This document shows, piece by piece, positions 8,599-19,082 of a stretch of 64,000 nt of DNA. Origin of the DNA: a virus. Where the stretch lies: the IMG/VR virus record IMGVR_UViG_3300036770_005504, positions 1 to 64,000 of that record; one strand, given 5' to 3'. The notes under the pieces are model-generated. The model saw only the letters and a list, made by a program, of their open reading frames with translations. It made no database searches and had not been told where the DNA came from. How positions within the stretch are numbered: the stretch's first letter is position 1; each line of letters begins with the position of its first letter. A program made the position numbers and the translations under genes.

Positions 8599-9359
8599 AA
8601 TGTATATCTTGAGTTGGGTTCAGCTGATGACAATTTTTGATCTGTGATACTGGTTCTTAGACCTGTAATGACCAAATTGGGCCTAGGATGAACACTGAGA
8701 TTCATGGTGCCATGCGGTACATTCAGTGTATCGAACATGTGAATATCTCCAGCGTGCCAACCTGTTAATACCGCATTGCCGTAACACATGACTTGTCCAG
8801 GCTCGTAATCGGCCAAGTTTACTACAATTCTTATGATTCGACTGGGGTCGCTGGGATTACGATGCCATAGCTTGTCGATATGCATACCAAATGCTTGCCC
8901 AGGCCATTGCACATGAATTCGATATGTGACTTTTTCTAAACTCCAAAAATCAACCATTTTTTCTATGATCGGATAATTTTTTAATGTGTTTTCTAATACT
9001 AAATTAGTTTGATCTACATCCTCAAGCCCGTGCTGCTGTCGATCGTATTTTTCCTGTTGCTGCATAGGACTGGCTCCATCTTTAAATCCTGGGCGTAAAT
9101 TTTGAGATGTGCTTTGATCCCAAGTCAGTTGTTGACTTTGCTCTAAGATATTTGGCAATATTTCTGACCAATCGCCAATAAATCTACCCAATCGATGAAA
9201 CCATTGTCCTTCGAGATCAGTCTGCCATTTATCAAAATGATAGTTACTGAATGTCTTGGCATACTCATAACTGCTGTGAAATTTATTGCCATCTTGATGA
9301 TTGAAATCATCGGGCAGTTTGGGATATTTAACTCGTTGGGTATATATGTCAATATTCAT
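8595..9359 (-). CDS. 2OG-Fe(II)/AspH-like oxygenase
   Basis: QWPGQAFGMHID...VPHGTMN...R. Confidence 0.65.
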   Translation of the reverse strand: MNIDIYTQRVKYPKLPDDFNHQDGNKFHSSYEYAKTFSNYHFDKWQTDLEGQWFHRLGRFIGDWSEILPNILEQSQQLTWDQSTSQNLRPGFKDGASPMQQQEKYDRQQHGLEDVDQTNLVLENTLKNYPIIEKMVDFWSLEKVTYRIHVQWPGQAFGMHIDKLWHRNPSDPSRIIRIVVNLADYEPGQVMCYGNAVLTGWHAGDIHMFDTLNVPHGTMNLSVHPRPNLVITGLRTSITDQKLSSAEPNSRYTL

Positions 9360-9409
9360 AATGATACTTATCTTGAATAATAAGTATCAATACATTAAAG
9401 GTTTTTACA

Positions 9410-10549
9410 ATGGATCTTGTCAAGAATTATCCTCAGGGATATTATCAAGTTGGTAATAAGTTATATATTAATAAACACACTGCCATGGTAGAAGCAGTGA
9501 ATAACCACAACAATGAAAAAATTTCTTATCATTTTTTCGATGAGTCATGGACAAATTTTGATAGAAACAAAATAGGTCAGTATTCTCTCAATGAGCTTTA
9601 TCGTCAACGAGCTCAACAATTAAGAAATCAATATGATTATCTTATTTTATATTTCAGTGGTGGTGCCGACAGCTATAATGTATTAAGGTCTTTTTGTGAT
9701 AATAATATACATCTCGACGAAATATGTGTCAAATGGTGCACCGATGTGTTTAACAGTAATCGACACATATATACACCCAACACCGTCGATTTGACATCCT
9801 ACAACTATCTCAGTGAATGGGACTACGCAATAAAACCAGTATTAGAATGGGTAGCTCAACATCATTCAGACATAAAAATCACAATATTAGATTGGTTTAA
9901 AGATCGAGACTCGACCACTATCGCTAATGCATTTGCCCTGGTCAATCATTTTCACGATTGTGAAATTAATAGTTTAGCAATCTGGAGTCCAAACGAAGCT
10001 CGACAATTAGAGTTAGGCAAAACTGTGGGCAGTATATACGGTATAGACAAACCCAATATGTTCATTGATACTAATAGTCAACAATGGAAATTATTTTTTT
10101 CTGACACCACCGTGGCAATGGGCACACCAAATCCGGACAATGTCTGGGGGACAGAATATTTCTATATCACACCCAATATGCCCGAGATTATATTTGAAAT
10201 GGCACATCAATTGATTATCGAATCTCGTAATAATAATTTGTTAGCTCAGGTATTAGATATAAAAACAGCCAACAATATGTCCGAGTTTCAGGTCAGACAA
10301 AAAATTGTCAGACACATACTATACAATAATTGGACAGATAGGTTTCAATGTTTTAAACCCACTATCAAAGAAAGAAGCGACAAGCATTTTTGGATCTATA
10401 GGTCCGACGAGTTAAGTGACTACAAAAATCTCTACGAAGAACTCAAAACATATTATGATCAACAACTTGAGCACAGTCGATATCGTGGACAACGAGCATT
10501 AATTTATCAACCATTGAATTCAGCAGGATTTCCAATTTGCCCAAAATAA
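9410..10549 (+). CDS. PP-loop ATP pyrophosphatase (paralog of 13134-14294)
   Basis: LYRQRAQQLR..YDYL.L.FSGGADS, SEWDY, IYGIDKP. Confidence 0.72.
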   Translation: MDLVKNYPQGYYQVGNKLYINKHTAMVEAVNNHNNEKISYHFFDESWTNFDRNKIGQYSLNELYRQRAQQLRNQYDYLILYFSGGADSYNVLRSFCDNNIHLDEICVKWCTDVFNSNRHIYTPNTVDLTSYNYLSEWDYAIKPVLEWVAQHHSDIKITILDWFKDRDSTTIANAFALVNHFHDCEINSLAIWSPNEARQLELGKTVGSIYGIDKPNMFIDTNSQQWKLFFSDTTVAMGTPNPDNVWGTEYFYITPNMPEIIFEMAHQLIIESRNNNLLAQVLDIKTANNMSEFQVRQKIVRHILYNNWTDRFQCFKPTIKERSDKHFWIYRSDELSDYKNLYEELKTYYDQQLEHSRYRGQRALIYQPLNSAGFPICPK

Positions 10550-11248
10550 TTTTTGCTGTTGATGAATTTCTACCCATCTCGACAAACCATAAGTCAAGAT
10601 ATCCTTGGAATCAATTGCCAGCTGCTGAAATTTTTGTCGGTCATATTGTCCTAATTCAAATACTTCAATCATTGATGACAAATAGTCTGGATAGATATCT
10701 CCTACATAGCAATAGTAGTAGTGGTCACTAACATTGTCTACCCAATGAGGTAAAAAACTGTTTAGAGTATATACAGTATGTTTGTTATAGGGTTCCAATA
10801 AATCATAGCTGTTTAAATTTTGATCTAAATTAGAAAAGTAAAGATTAATTAACTTGCTGTCAGACATGGGTATCATTATTCTGTGACAAAATTTATGAAG
10901 TTCATGTTCACCATCAATGTGACGATCAATCGATTGCCCCGGGCTAATTCTCAGTATACCACTTTTAATAATTCGCCCCGGTAACAATGTCAGTAGATCA
11001 CAAATTAATTGTTCATAATGATTTAATAATTGCTGATCGAGATGTTGATTACAGTCAAATGTATAAAATTTTTTATCATTTGACAATGGACTAGTTTTAA
11101 ACCATATCGTATTAGTATTTCGAAACTTAAAATTATTTTTGGGTCTAGTGTCTGCATTCCATGATTGCTCTGGGATGTCAACAACAAATTCTAATAATTT
11201 GTCTGTGTTTATTTGTCCCAAAACTTGCCGATGATCCGGTAACCACAT
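10520..11248 (-). CDS. AspH-like oxygenase
   Basis: ISPGQSIDRHID..HRIMIP..PHWVDN. Confidence 0.65.
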   Translation of the reverse strand: MWLPDHRQVLGQINTDKLLEFVVDIPEQSWNADTRPKNNFKFRNTNTIWFKTSPLSNDKKFYTFDCNQHLDQQLLNHYEQLICDLLTLLPGRIIKSGILRISPGQSIDRHIDGEHELHKFCHRIMIPMSDSKLINLYFSNLDQNLNSYDLLEPYNKHTVYTLNSFLPHWVDNVSDHYYYCYVGDIYPDYLSSMIEVFELGQYDRQKFQQLAIDSKDILTYGLSRWVEIHQQQKLFWANWKSC

Positions 11249-11258
11249 GATGCATTAT

Positions 11259-12173
11259 TTACCTGAGATTATCAACACTTTGTTTGACCAGCTGCTCGGC
11301 ATATTCCTGACCCATGGGCAAAGGTTCAAAAAATTGATCTTCGAAATTCTTTATGACCATGGGATCACTGACATATGACGATACTATGTTTCTCCAGGTA
11401 TCAACAATGGCAGTTGGTGTATTAGGTGGTAAAATTAAAACAAAACCATCAAAATCTTTCCAGTTGGGATATTTGTTTTGTATTAGATCTGCGTTGGGAT
11501 ATTGATATAATTTATTTTTAGCAGCTATACCCACTAATACCAGACGATTTGCTTGAATATGAGAATGAACCAAACTCAATGGTAGTGCTGCCAGATCTAT
11601 ATGACCTCCTAATAGATCATTGACAACCAGTGCTCCACCTCTGTAACTGATCAATGAATGTTGGTAATTTGGGTTTACTATATTGATCAGTTGTTGTAGA
11701 GACATTTTTTGCCCTGGCGCACCTTGCCCTATTTTTACGTGATTATTTTTTCTTATATCATAGTCAATATCTTGGAATGTGGTTAACCCGCTGGTTTTTG
11801 ATGTCACGAATGCAGTGACACTATTTCTAATAGCAGACACCACAATGAGATTGGAATTTGAATTCTTAATACGATGTATAGCCACTGTTCCTGCAGTCCC
11901 AACACTGACAGTGTAACCGTCGTTGGGGGACTTTTCAATTTCGTTCATTCCTATTAGGCCTTCGGCACCTGATTTATAAACTGCAGCAGTATTGATATTT
12001 TTATCCAAGAGATATTTTTTAAAATGTTGATATGTTTGATCAACTCCTCCACCAGGCGGAAAAGGGATCACAACTGTGACTGTTTTTTTATTAAAATCTA
12101 GTGCGTGAGCCCCTGGCCATTGCAGTAGCAACAGAATAGCAAAAACAACAAAAAATTTAATATTGTTTATCAT
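11259..12173 (-). CDS. Bug/TctC tripartite tricarboxylate transporter substrate-binding protein
   Basis: Signal peptide, VIPFPPGGGVD, GAEGLIG, DGYT, YRGG..LLGGHID. Confidence 0.85.
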   Translation of the reverse strand: MINNIKFFVVFAILLLLQWPGAHALDFNKKTVTVVIPFPPGGGVDQTYQHFKKYLLDKNINTAAVYKSGAEGLIGMNEIEKSPNDGYTVSVGTAGTVAIHRIKNSNSNLIVVSAIRNSVTAFVTSKTSGLTTFQDIDYDIRKNNHVKIGQGAPGQKMSLQQLINIVNPNYQHSLISYRGGALVVNDLLGGHIDLAALPLSLVHSHIQANRLVLVGIAAKNKLYQYPNADLIQNKYPNWKDFDGFVLILPPNTPTAIVDTWRNIVSSYVSDPMVIKNFEDQFFEPLPMGQEYAEQLVKQSVDNLR

Positions 12174-12174
12174 A

Positions 12175-13137
12175 TTATTCTACCTTGAGATTCTGAATAA
12201 TTGTTCTGTATTTTTTTATTTCATCATCGATGAAATTTGACAATTCTTGTGTGGTCATCAATGGTCCTACAGTGGCTCCACTTTTTTCCAATAATTGCCG
12301 CAATGGTAGACTGGCAACTATCAAATTGATTTGATTATTTAAAAATTGACGATGTGCGTCTGGTATTCCACCGGGTGCCAGTATAGCATACCAACTTGAA
12401 TAGAAATAATTTTCATAACCGGATTCTTTAACAGTGGGTAAATTTGGATATTGTGGCAATCGTGAACGAGTTGCCACCGCTATTGCCCGGACTCGTTGTG
12501 ATTCCAGCAAGTGTCGAACAGTTAATATATTGGCTATCCACAAGTGAGTTTCACCACTGCCAAGGCTTAAAACAGCAGGACTAGCACTTTTAAATGGAAT
12601 ATGTAAGATATCAGTCTGTGTAATTTGTTTCAAATGTTCAGCAGCCAATTTAGGCAAACTGCTAGGCCCAGCTGATGCATAATTATATTTCCCGGGATTA
12701 TCTCGAACAAGTTTAATAAAATCTCCGAGAGTGTCTGCTGGCACTTGGGAGTTGACAAAAATCACATAAGGCATTTCACCAACAAATGCCAGTGGAGTGA
12801 AATCTAATTTAGTGTCATACGGTAATTTTTTAAAAACCGAAGGATTAGTGGCAAATGTTTGAGTAGCAAACAACAAAACATGCCCATTGGATTTGGCACT
12901 GGCAACTTCGTTGGCTGCAATAGTTTGCCCACCACCGGGTTTATTTTCTACAATGACATTAATACGAAGACGTTCGCTGAGTTGTTGAGCAATGAATCTT
13001 GCCACAACATCGACTCCACTACCTGGCGATACTCCAGTGACAATTCTAATAGATTTTGTAGGGAAATCCAATGCATACGCTGGATTAAACAGATTGATTG
13101 ACAATAGTATTGATAATATTTTAAATAGTTTTTTCAT
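12175..13137 (-). CDS. Bug/TctC tripartite tricarboxylate transporter substrate-binding protein
   Basis: FPTKSIRIV..PGSGVDVVAR, VENKPGGG, NPGKYNYAS, HIPFK, PNLPTVKESG. Confidence 0.92.
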   Translation of the reverse strand: MKKLFKILSILLSINLFNPAYALDFPTKSIRIVTGVSPGSGVDVVARFIAQQLSERLRINVIVENKPGGGQTIAANEVASAKSNGHVLLFATQTFATNPSVFKKLPYDTKLDFTPLAFVGEMPYVIFVNSQVPADTLGDFIKLVRDNPGKYNYASAGPSSLPKLAAEHLKQITQTDILHIPFKSASPAVLSLGSGETHLWIANILTVRHLLESQRVRAIAVATRSRLPQYPNLPTVKESGYENYFYSSWYAILAPGGIPDAHRQFLNNQINLIVASLPLRQLLEKSGATVGPLMTTQELSNFIDDEIKKYRTIIQNLKVE

Positions 13138-14294
13138 GATAAAAATTTTCCAATGGTATAAAGACGGGTATTTAACGGAACCAGACTGCCACTTTCAGTG
13201 CGAAATCGATCGTCGATTTCGTCAAGGAATCCTTGAAATTGCCATCGCCATGATGAAATCAGTCTGTCAAAATTTGGACTTTGATAAAGCCAAAAATCTT
13301 TGTCTCGTATGACTGCACTGAATGATTTTTCAGTTTGGAAGGTATTTATGTTCCAGGTGTCTGGGTATAGCACTTTTCTGGCCACATAATTGTTAAATTC
13401 CACAACTTGATCAATAGGAGCTCTCAGTGGTCTTGATCTTAGATATTTTCTCAGATCAGGATTCTGTTCATAATACTTTAAAATCGAGTAAGCCATTTCA
13501 AAAATTAATTGGGGTAATTTAGGACTCCAATAAAACGCTTCAAACTCGCCCAAATAATTACTGGCAGTTTGCATAGATACGTCTGAAAAAAACATACTGA
13601 CAGTGGTTAGATCTCGGTTTAAAAACAGTCTGGGTTTGTCATATCCATAAATTGATGCAACTTTCTTGCCTTGGTCCAGATTTTTTTGGCTGTGTTTACT
13701 GAAATTCTGATTTCGAGGCAAACACCCTGCTCCATAATATGTTGAGGATTTCAAAAAAGATTCAGGTTGATACAGCCGGTCATTGAGATTCGCCGACCAA
13801 TCACCTACTTCGATATTGATCTCAGGTCGATAACGTGCAATCCATTGCAGAGTTGGTAATACACAATAATCCCACTCACTGAGTAGGTTAAATGATGATT
13901 TGTCAATGTCATTGGGTTTGTAAATTTTACTATCAATGGCAATTTTCGGCCAGTTGGTAAAAATATTATCCAAATGAATATTGTTTTGCACAAAGGTCAT
14001 TAAAATATTATGACTATCTGCACCACCAGAATAATGCAATGTTAGATAGTCATATTCGTCACGTAGTTGTTGAGCTCGTTGGCGGTATAGATGTTGCAAC
14101 GAACTACTGCCCAACTTTGATTTGTCAAACTCGGACCAAATATCATCATACCAGTGATATGTGACATTACTGTCTTTGTGTTTAGATGCTGCAATTAATG
14201 CTGATCTTTTATCAAAATATCGATTGGTAGCATCGAGTCTCGACACTTGCCAATGCCCCAATGGGCCTGTTATTTGCGATTCGACACCAATCAT
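13134..14294 (-). CDS. PP-loop ATP pyrophosphatase (paralog of 9410-10549)
   Basis: LYRQRAQQLRDEYDYLTLHYSGGADS, SEWDY, IYGYDKP. Confidence 0.72.
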   Translation of the reverse strand: MIGVESQITGPLGHWQVSRLDATNRYFDKRSALIAASKHKDSNVTYHWYDDIWSEFDKSKLGSSSLQHLYRQRAQQLRDEYDYLTLHYSGGADSHNILMTFVQNNIHLDNIFTNWPKIAIDSKIYKPNDIDKSSFNLLSEWDYCVLPTLQWIARYRPEINIEVGDWSANLNDRLYQPESFLKSSTYYGAGCLPRNQNFSKHSQKNLDQGKKVASIYGYDKPRLFLNRDLTTVSMFFSDVSMQTASNYLGEFEAFYWSPKLPQLIFEMAYSILKYYEQNPDLRKYLRSRPLRAPIDQVVEFNNYVARKVLYPDTWNINTFQTEKSFSAVIRDKDFWLYQSPNFDRLISSWRWQFQGFLDEIDDRFRTESGSLVPLNTRLYTIGKFLS

Positions 14295-14344
14295 TGAAAT
14301 ATTTATATTTGGATATATTGTCGGATAAATATTTCAATGATTGG
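14287..14344. repeat. Perfect 20-bp inverted repeat covering two divergent promoters and start codons
   Basis: ATAAATATTTCAATGATTGG at 14325-14344 (+) and 14306-14287 (-), with an 18-nt spacer. Confidence 0.9.
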
Positions 14345-15080
14345 ATTGGGATCAAATTCTGCAGCATTTAAGTATTTAGATGAGTTTGTTAGTTGTCCGG
14401 ATTGGAGTCAACTTCACACTGATGTTTGTTATGGAATAGCCCGAAGCCACTGGAATAAAAGATATGTCAGCAGTGGAATTCATGATGATTTTGCTGACAA
14501 AGAAATAACCCCTTATGTTCGAACACTAGAGCATCATCTAACAGATCATGCACTGGACAAATTTAATCTATTAGACAACACAGATCAACGGTTGAAATTT
14601 GTGTCCGCATGGGGACCAATCCCTCATCCCTTTTGGTTAATTTATATTAGAGATAATAAACGTATCGAACCCACTGGTATTTTTAATAAATCTCTGGCAC
14701 AAGATTGTGATTGGACAGACAATAAAAAGTATTTTGGCAGTTTAATTGATTTCATAGAGCAACTGCCTTTTCAACAGTTGGGAAGAATAATTTTGTTTAT
14801 GACTGAAGCCAATAATGCCACACTACCACATTATGATGGTGCTCATCGATTTGAGCGGCCATCTGATGATTTTGTTTGGTTTACCACAAAACCTTCCACT
14901 AAACAGATATTTGTATTTGATGAGTTAACCAAGAAAAAACACTATCCTGACCCTGGCAAAAAACTAATATGGTTCAATGAGATGGATTTTCACGGCACTG
15001 ATCCAGTGGACCATTTTTCTTTTAGTATACGCATAGACGGACAATTTAGGTCAGACATAAAACAAAGATTATTAAAATGA
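14337..15080 (+). CDS. Cupin/2OG-like oxygenase-fold protein
   Basis: PHYD...WFNEMDFHG...FSIRIDG. Confidence 0.55.
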   Translation: MIGLGSNSAAFKYLDEFVSCPDWSQLHTDVCYGIARSHWNKRYVSSGIHDDFADKEITPYVRTLEHHLTDHALDKFNLLDNTDQRLKFVSAWGPIPHPFWLIYIRDNKRIEPTGIFNKSLAQDCDWTDNKKYFGSLIDFIEQLPFQQLGRIILFMTEANNATLPHYDGAHRFERPSDDFVWFTTKPSTKQIFVFDELTKKKHYPDPGKKLIWFNEMDFHGTDPVDHFSFSIRIDGQFRSDIKQRLLK

Positions 15081-16537
15081 ATATTATATTTTGGACCGGG
15101 GTGTTTGAATTGTCCACTCATTACCGCGCGATTGGTGCTTATCAGTTGGCCAGCTGGATGAGAAAGCACGGTTATAGTTGTCAGGTCATTGATTTTGTTC
15201 ATCATATGTCTGTGGATGAATTAATAAAGTTTACTGAAAAATTCATTACGTCAGACACAATATGTATAGGGATAAGTTCGACGTTTTGGAGTCAATTAGT
15301 TCCTAGAAATAAAACCTGGTCTATGTCAAGATTTTCTCCAATCACTGTGCCGGACATCATAGAATCAGCATTGCTTGAACTTCGTAAAAAATATCCCACG
15401 GTGAAATGGGTATTGGGCGGAGTCAGTGCTGACTTCATCCCTCCGGAATCCTATCAACTATTTGATGTTTCTATAGTGGGCGATGCTGAAGATACTTTTC
15501 TTGATTTGGTAAATTCTTGGAAAAATCAAAAAAGAATTTTTCACAGTGTGACTCGTGGCGGTCGTCCTTTTATGAATGCACAGCCCAATCGGATTTTTGA
15601 TATTCAACATTCAACACATCGATTTCTGCAGCAAGATTGCATAGTGCCCGGGGAAACATTACCTATAGAAATCAGTCGTGGTTGTATATTTCGTTGTGCA
15701 TTTTGTCAATATCCTCATTTGGGCAAAACTAAATTTGATTATCTCAGACAGCCAGAATTGATCGGTGAAGAAATTGAATATAATTACCAACAATTTAAAA
15801 CTCAAAATTATTATATCTTAGATGACACATTCAATGACAGTGATTATAAAATGCAGGGATGGCAAACTTCATTGTCTAAACTGAATTTTACAATTAATTA
15901 TACTGCATATCTCAGAGCTGACTTGTTGAACAGAAATCCAGACCATATCCATCTATTGCAAAATACAGGATTGGTCAGTGGTTTTTTTGGTATAGAAAGT
16001 TTTAATCCCGAAGCCAGTCGAATTGTGGGCAAAGGATGGAGCGGAAAACAAGCACAAAAATTTTTACCAGAATTGAAATCATTATGGAAAGATAATACCA
16101 CTTTTCATTGTAGTTTCATTGTGGGTCTCCCACCGGAAACAGTCAACGAATATTTTGCCGCTCAACAATGGCTGATAGACAACAATATAGATTCTTGGGT
16201 GTTTAAACCTTTGTTGATCACGCCCGGCACACGAACAATGAGCAGTGATTTTGATCGTAATTACGAAAAATACGGTTTTGTCTATGATCCAGGCACACAG
16301 GGATGGTCTAGTCAATATTTAAACAGCAAAAAAGCAGTTACAATCGCAGCCACCCTTAATAAGATCAGCGAAAAATATATAAAAACCACATCCTGGAAGG
16401 CATTGAGTTTGATGGGGTTGGGTGTGGATAAATCACAACTATTGAACAAAAAAGCCAATGAATTGGATTGGAACGATATTCATAAAAAAAAGCAAGACTT
16501 TATCGCAACCTATAAAGAAAAATTAAATGCTTTATAG
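15077..16537 (+). CDS. B12-binding radical SAM protein
   Basis: N-terminal cobalamin-binding-like domain (GAYQLA..LGG..GDAE), SRGCIFRCAFC CxxxCxxC, DDTF, GIES, IVGLP. Confidence 0.88.
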   Translation: MNIIFWTGVFELSTHYRAIGAYQLASWMRKHGYSCQVIDFVHHMSVDELIKFTEKFITSDTICIGISSTFWSQLVPRNKTWSMSRFSPITVPDIIESALLELRKKYPTVKWVLGGVSADFIPPESYQLFDVSIVGDAEDTFLDLVNSWKNQKRIFHSVTRGGRPFMNAQPNRIFDIQHSTHRFLQQDCIVPGETLPIEISRGCIFRCAFCQYPHLGKTKFDYLRQPELIGEEIEYNYQQFKTQNYYILDDTFNDSDYKMQGWQTSLSKLNFTINYTAYLRADLLNRNPDHIHLLQNTGLVSGFFGIESFNPEASRIVGKGWSGKQAQKFLPELKSLWKDNTTFHCSFIVGLPPETVNEYFAAQQWLIDNNIDSWVFKPLLITPGTRTMSSDFDRNYEKYGFVYDPGTQGWSSQYLNSKKAVTIAATLNKISEKYIKTTSWKALSLMGLGVDKSQLLNKKANELDWNDIHKKKQDFIATYKEKLNAL

Positions 16538-16545
16538 AAAATGTT

Positions 16546-17079
16546 TCAATGTTCGAATAATTCCGTCTGTCGTATTGACTCAGGATACTTGTATCTCATG
16601 GTGATAAAATATCTGTGGTCGGGGCCTCCATTGGCCACACTGTGCATCACAATATTATTGATGACATAGACTCCTCCTTTGACAAAATGGCAGACATGAC
16701 TACGTGCATTGACTCGGTCATACCACATCATCAAGACTTGAGGATTGGTTATGATGGGAATTTGTAATTTAATTAGATTAGTGGGTCCGTAATGCTCGGG
16801 AATTCTGTTTTTTAAAATATCTGTGTGCTCGGGCATATAAGTGTAAGGGCTCATTCTTGCTATATTACTATTGAAATGACCATCGGATCGTAACCAATTA
16901 TTTAAAAACAACAACAATGATTCCAATAAATCCGACTTAATAGGTGCATACACTTGTATTATATCATCTGGAAAACTACTTGAAGCAAAATAGTCTAGAG
17001 TAGTAACATAATCGACAAATTTTTCAATGACATTGTCTGGCAGTGTGCAGATATGTCGGCAAAAAAAATTATGTTTCAT
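16546..17079 (-). CDS. AspH-like oxygenase
   Basis: MPEHTD..LQIPIITN..MHSVANGG..R. Confidence 0.68.
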   Translation of the reverse strand: MKHNFFCRHICTLPDNVIEKFVDYVTTLDYFASSSFPDDIIQVYAPIKSDLLESLLLFLNNWLRSDGHFNSNIARMSPYTYMPEHTDILKNRIPEHYGPTNLIKLQIPIITNPQVLMMWYDRVNARSHVCHFVKGGVYVINNIVMHSVANGGPDHRYFITMRYKYPESIRQTELFEH

Positions 17080-17654
17080 ATTATGGGATTCAACTCTGAA
17101 TTATATTTGGTGTTGATAATACAATTATTTTTGTCTGCATTTTGTTCTAAAAACTGTTGATAATATTTCAATGCCAACTGCTGTGATATTTGTCGGTAAG
17201 GCAGCAAATGTCTGACTTCAAAACCACTGTCATAAATGCCTTGCCCCAAAGAAATTTTTTCTTGTTCAGTCCATTGGTGTCCTGACTTCAGTGTCGGTGT
17301 TTGATCAAATATACTTTTGATTATGTCAACACTGCGCCAAATTTCAATGTAGTCGATACTGTGACTGATACTATTTAATACTTTGACTCTCCAAACTAGA
17401 TTACCATTGGCTCCACTGTCATCAAATACTTGATTGTGATTACGCCACACCTGACCTAGATGTTGAGTTTGTGTCCTGACATTGAGCCCTCGAGTATGCC
17501 CATTGGCAAAATAGTTTTTTATGAATTGCTCATTTTCAAAACGATGTTGAATCCATAGATATCTCACAGCCCAACCAGGCTGGTTGTCAGGATCTATTAG
17601 ACCGAACATTTCTTTGAGATTGTCATTGAAAAAGCATTCTGTCAAATAGTTCAT
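17076..17654 (-). CDS. Hypothetical protein
   Basis: ORF, operon packing. Confidence 0.65.
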   Translation of the reverse strand: MNYLTECFFNDNLKEMFGLIDPDNQPGWAVRYLWIQHRFENEQFIKNYFANGHTRGLNVRTQTQHLGQVWRNHNQVFDDSGANGNLVWRVKVLNSISHSIDYIEIWRSVDIIKSIFDQTPTLKSGHQWTEQEKISLGQGIYDSGFEVRHLLPYRQISQQLALKYYQQFLEQNADKNNCIINTKYNSELNPII

Positions 17655-17657
17655 ATG

Positions 17658-18470
17658 TTATTTCAATAGAGGTAACCAAATTCGACAAGGATCCCATTCC
17701 CACCAACGACCACTGACACTAGACCCAAAATCAAATGAACCGGGTGAATGGTGATGATTGTTATGCCACCCTTGACCCCAACCCAGATATCCCATTACAA
17801 CATTGTTATGAGAGTTATCATGTGTATCAAAGTTTCTATAACCAATGCCCAGTGGCAAATGTCCCACTATATTAATGGTGTTGTCCTGCAGAAGACTCAA
17901 TGCAGTGGGCAAACATAATAAACACAAACTCAATTTCCAATCAAATAAACTCACCACAATTGGTGCTAACCATAATATTTTAAAATGATTTTGATGAAAC
18001 CAAATATGGTTGGGTTTACGTAATAAGTCACTGGCATATTTTAAACTAATGCCAGGATTATTTTCTGTGATTTGATTTGCCCAGCCAAAAAATGCATGAT
18101 AAATTCCATGTTTTGGACTATGTATGTCTCGATCAGTGTCGGCAAATCTGTGGTGATATCCACGATGTATAGCAGTCCATGTAATACTAGATCCTTGACC
18201 GCCTAGGCTGCCCAAGAATAATATGAAATTTTCTTTCCACAGTGGTAGATTGGGATGTGTTTTATGACTGAAAATTCTATGATAACCCACTGCTATACCC
18301 AGGCCAGAGATCAACGTCCAGCCCAATAATGTAGCAAATAGATATTGAACTGGAATAATATTCATGATTATCAATGCAATTGTGATTGCACCCAAACACA
18401 TAAATGGAATGAAACTGAACCAAGTATACTTAGAAATATTTTTAAACATTGCAAAAACCCATTGGTTCAA
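17658..18470 (-). CDS. Membrane fatty-acid (delta-9-like) desaturase
   Basis: His boxes GYHRIFSH, HRGYHH and WHNNHH; transmembrane segments. Confidence 0.9.
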   Translation of the reverse strand: MNQWVFAMFKNISKYTWFSFIPFMCLGAITIALIIMNIIPVQYLFATLLGWTLISGLGIAVGYHRIFSHKTHPNLPLWKENFILFLGSLGGQGSSITWTAIHRGYHHRFADTDRDIHSPKHGIYHAFFGWANQITENNPGISLKYASDLLRKPNHIWFHQNHFKILWLAPIVVSLFDWKLSLCLLCLPTALSLLQDNTINIVGHLPLGIGYRNFDTHDNSHNNVVMGYLGWGQGWHNNHHHSPGSFDFGSSVSGRWWEWDPCRIWLPLLK

Positions 18471-18476
18471 TATTTA

Positions 18477-19082
18477 TTATAAACCAGCACCCAATATCAG
18501 TTTCGACCTATATTTTTGTCTAAGGAAGCTACACCTTACCACAGTGTCAACTGGTAATAAAACTCTGTTAAATAAAATTTGCCAATGGTGTGTATAGAGA
18601 CATCGATGTCTAGCTGGCACATAGTATTCATCAAAGTAATCATATCTTTGTTGACTGTGTGTCGACAACGCAAATCTTCTCATTGATCGCATATACCGTT
18701 GATGCCAAAGACTATAAAATTTTAGTCTGCCGGTTGATTCTTGAAATTCAATCATTCGATCAGTCATCTGATGAACATAGTGCAATTTACAATCTTTGTT
18801 GGATTTGATCTGTGTATAAAACCAGCTGGGTTCGTCGATACTTTGATATGATGAAATCAAAGCCACTAATTTATTGTCTACCCATGCACCCAATGCATGA
18901 TAGCCAGTCAAGTCACTGAGATAAGCATTAACAAAGTTGTGATAGTATTGTGTATTTTGGTCGTGTTGTTCGTAGGGTTTCAAATAGAATTCGTTGATAT
19001 TATTCTTGCCCATATAACGGTCATCTAAAAATAGTTCACGAACTGATGGACGATCGTCGGCAGTCAAAAACTTTATTTCCAT
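18477..19082 (-). CDS. Hypothetical protein, possible GNAT-like fold
   Basis: MEIKFLTADD..LGAWVDNKLVALIS pattern. Confidence 0.5.
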   Translation of the reverse strand: MEIKFLTADDRPSVRELFLDDRYMGKNNINEFYLKPYEQHDQNTQYYHNFVNAYLSDLTGYHALGAWVDNKLVALISSYQSIDEPSWFYTQIKSNKDCKLHYVHQMTDRMIEFQESTGRLKFYSLWHQRYMRSMRRFALSTHSQQRYDYFDEYYVPARHRCLYTHHWQILFNRVLLPVDTVVRCSFLRQKYRSKLILGAGL

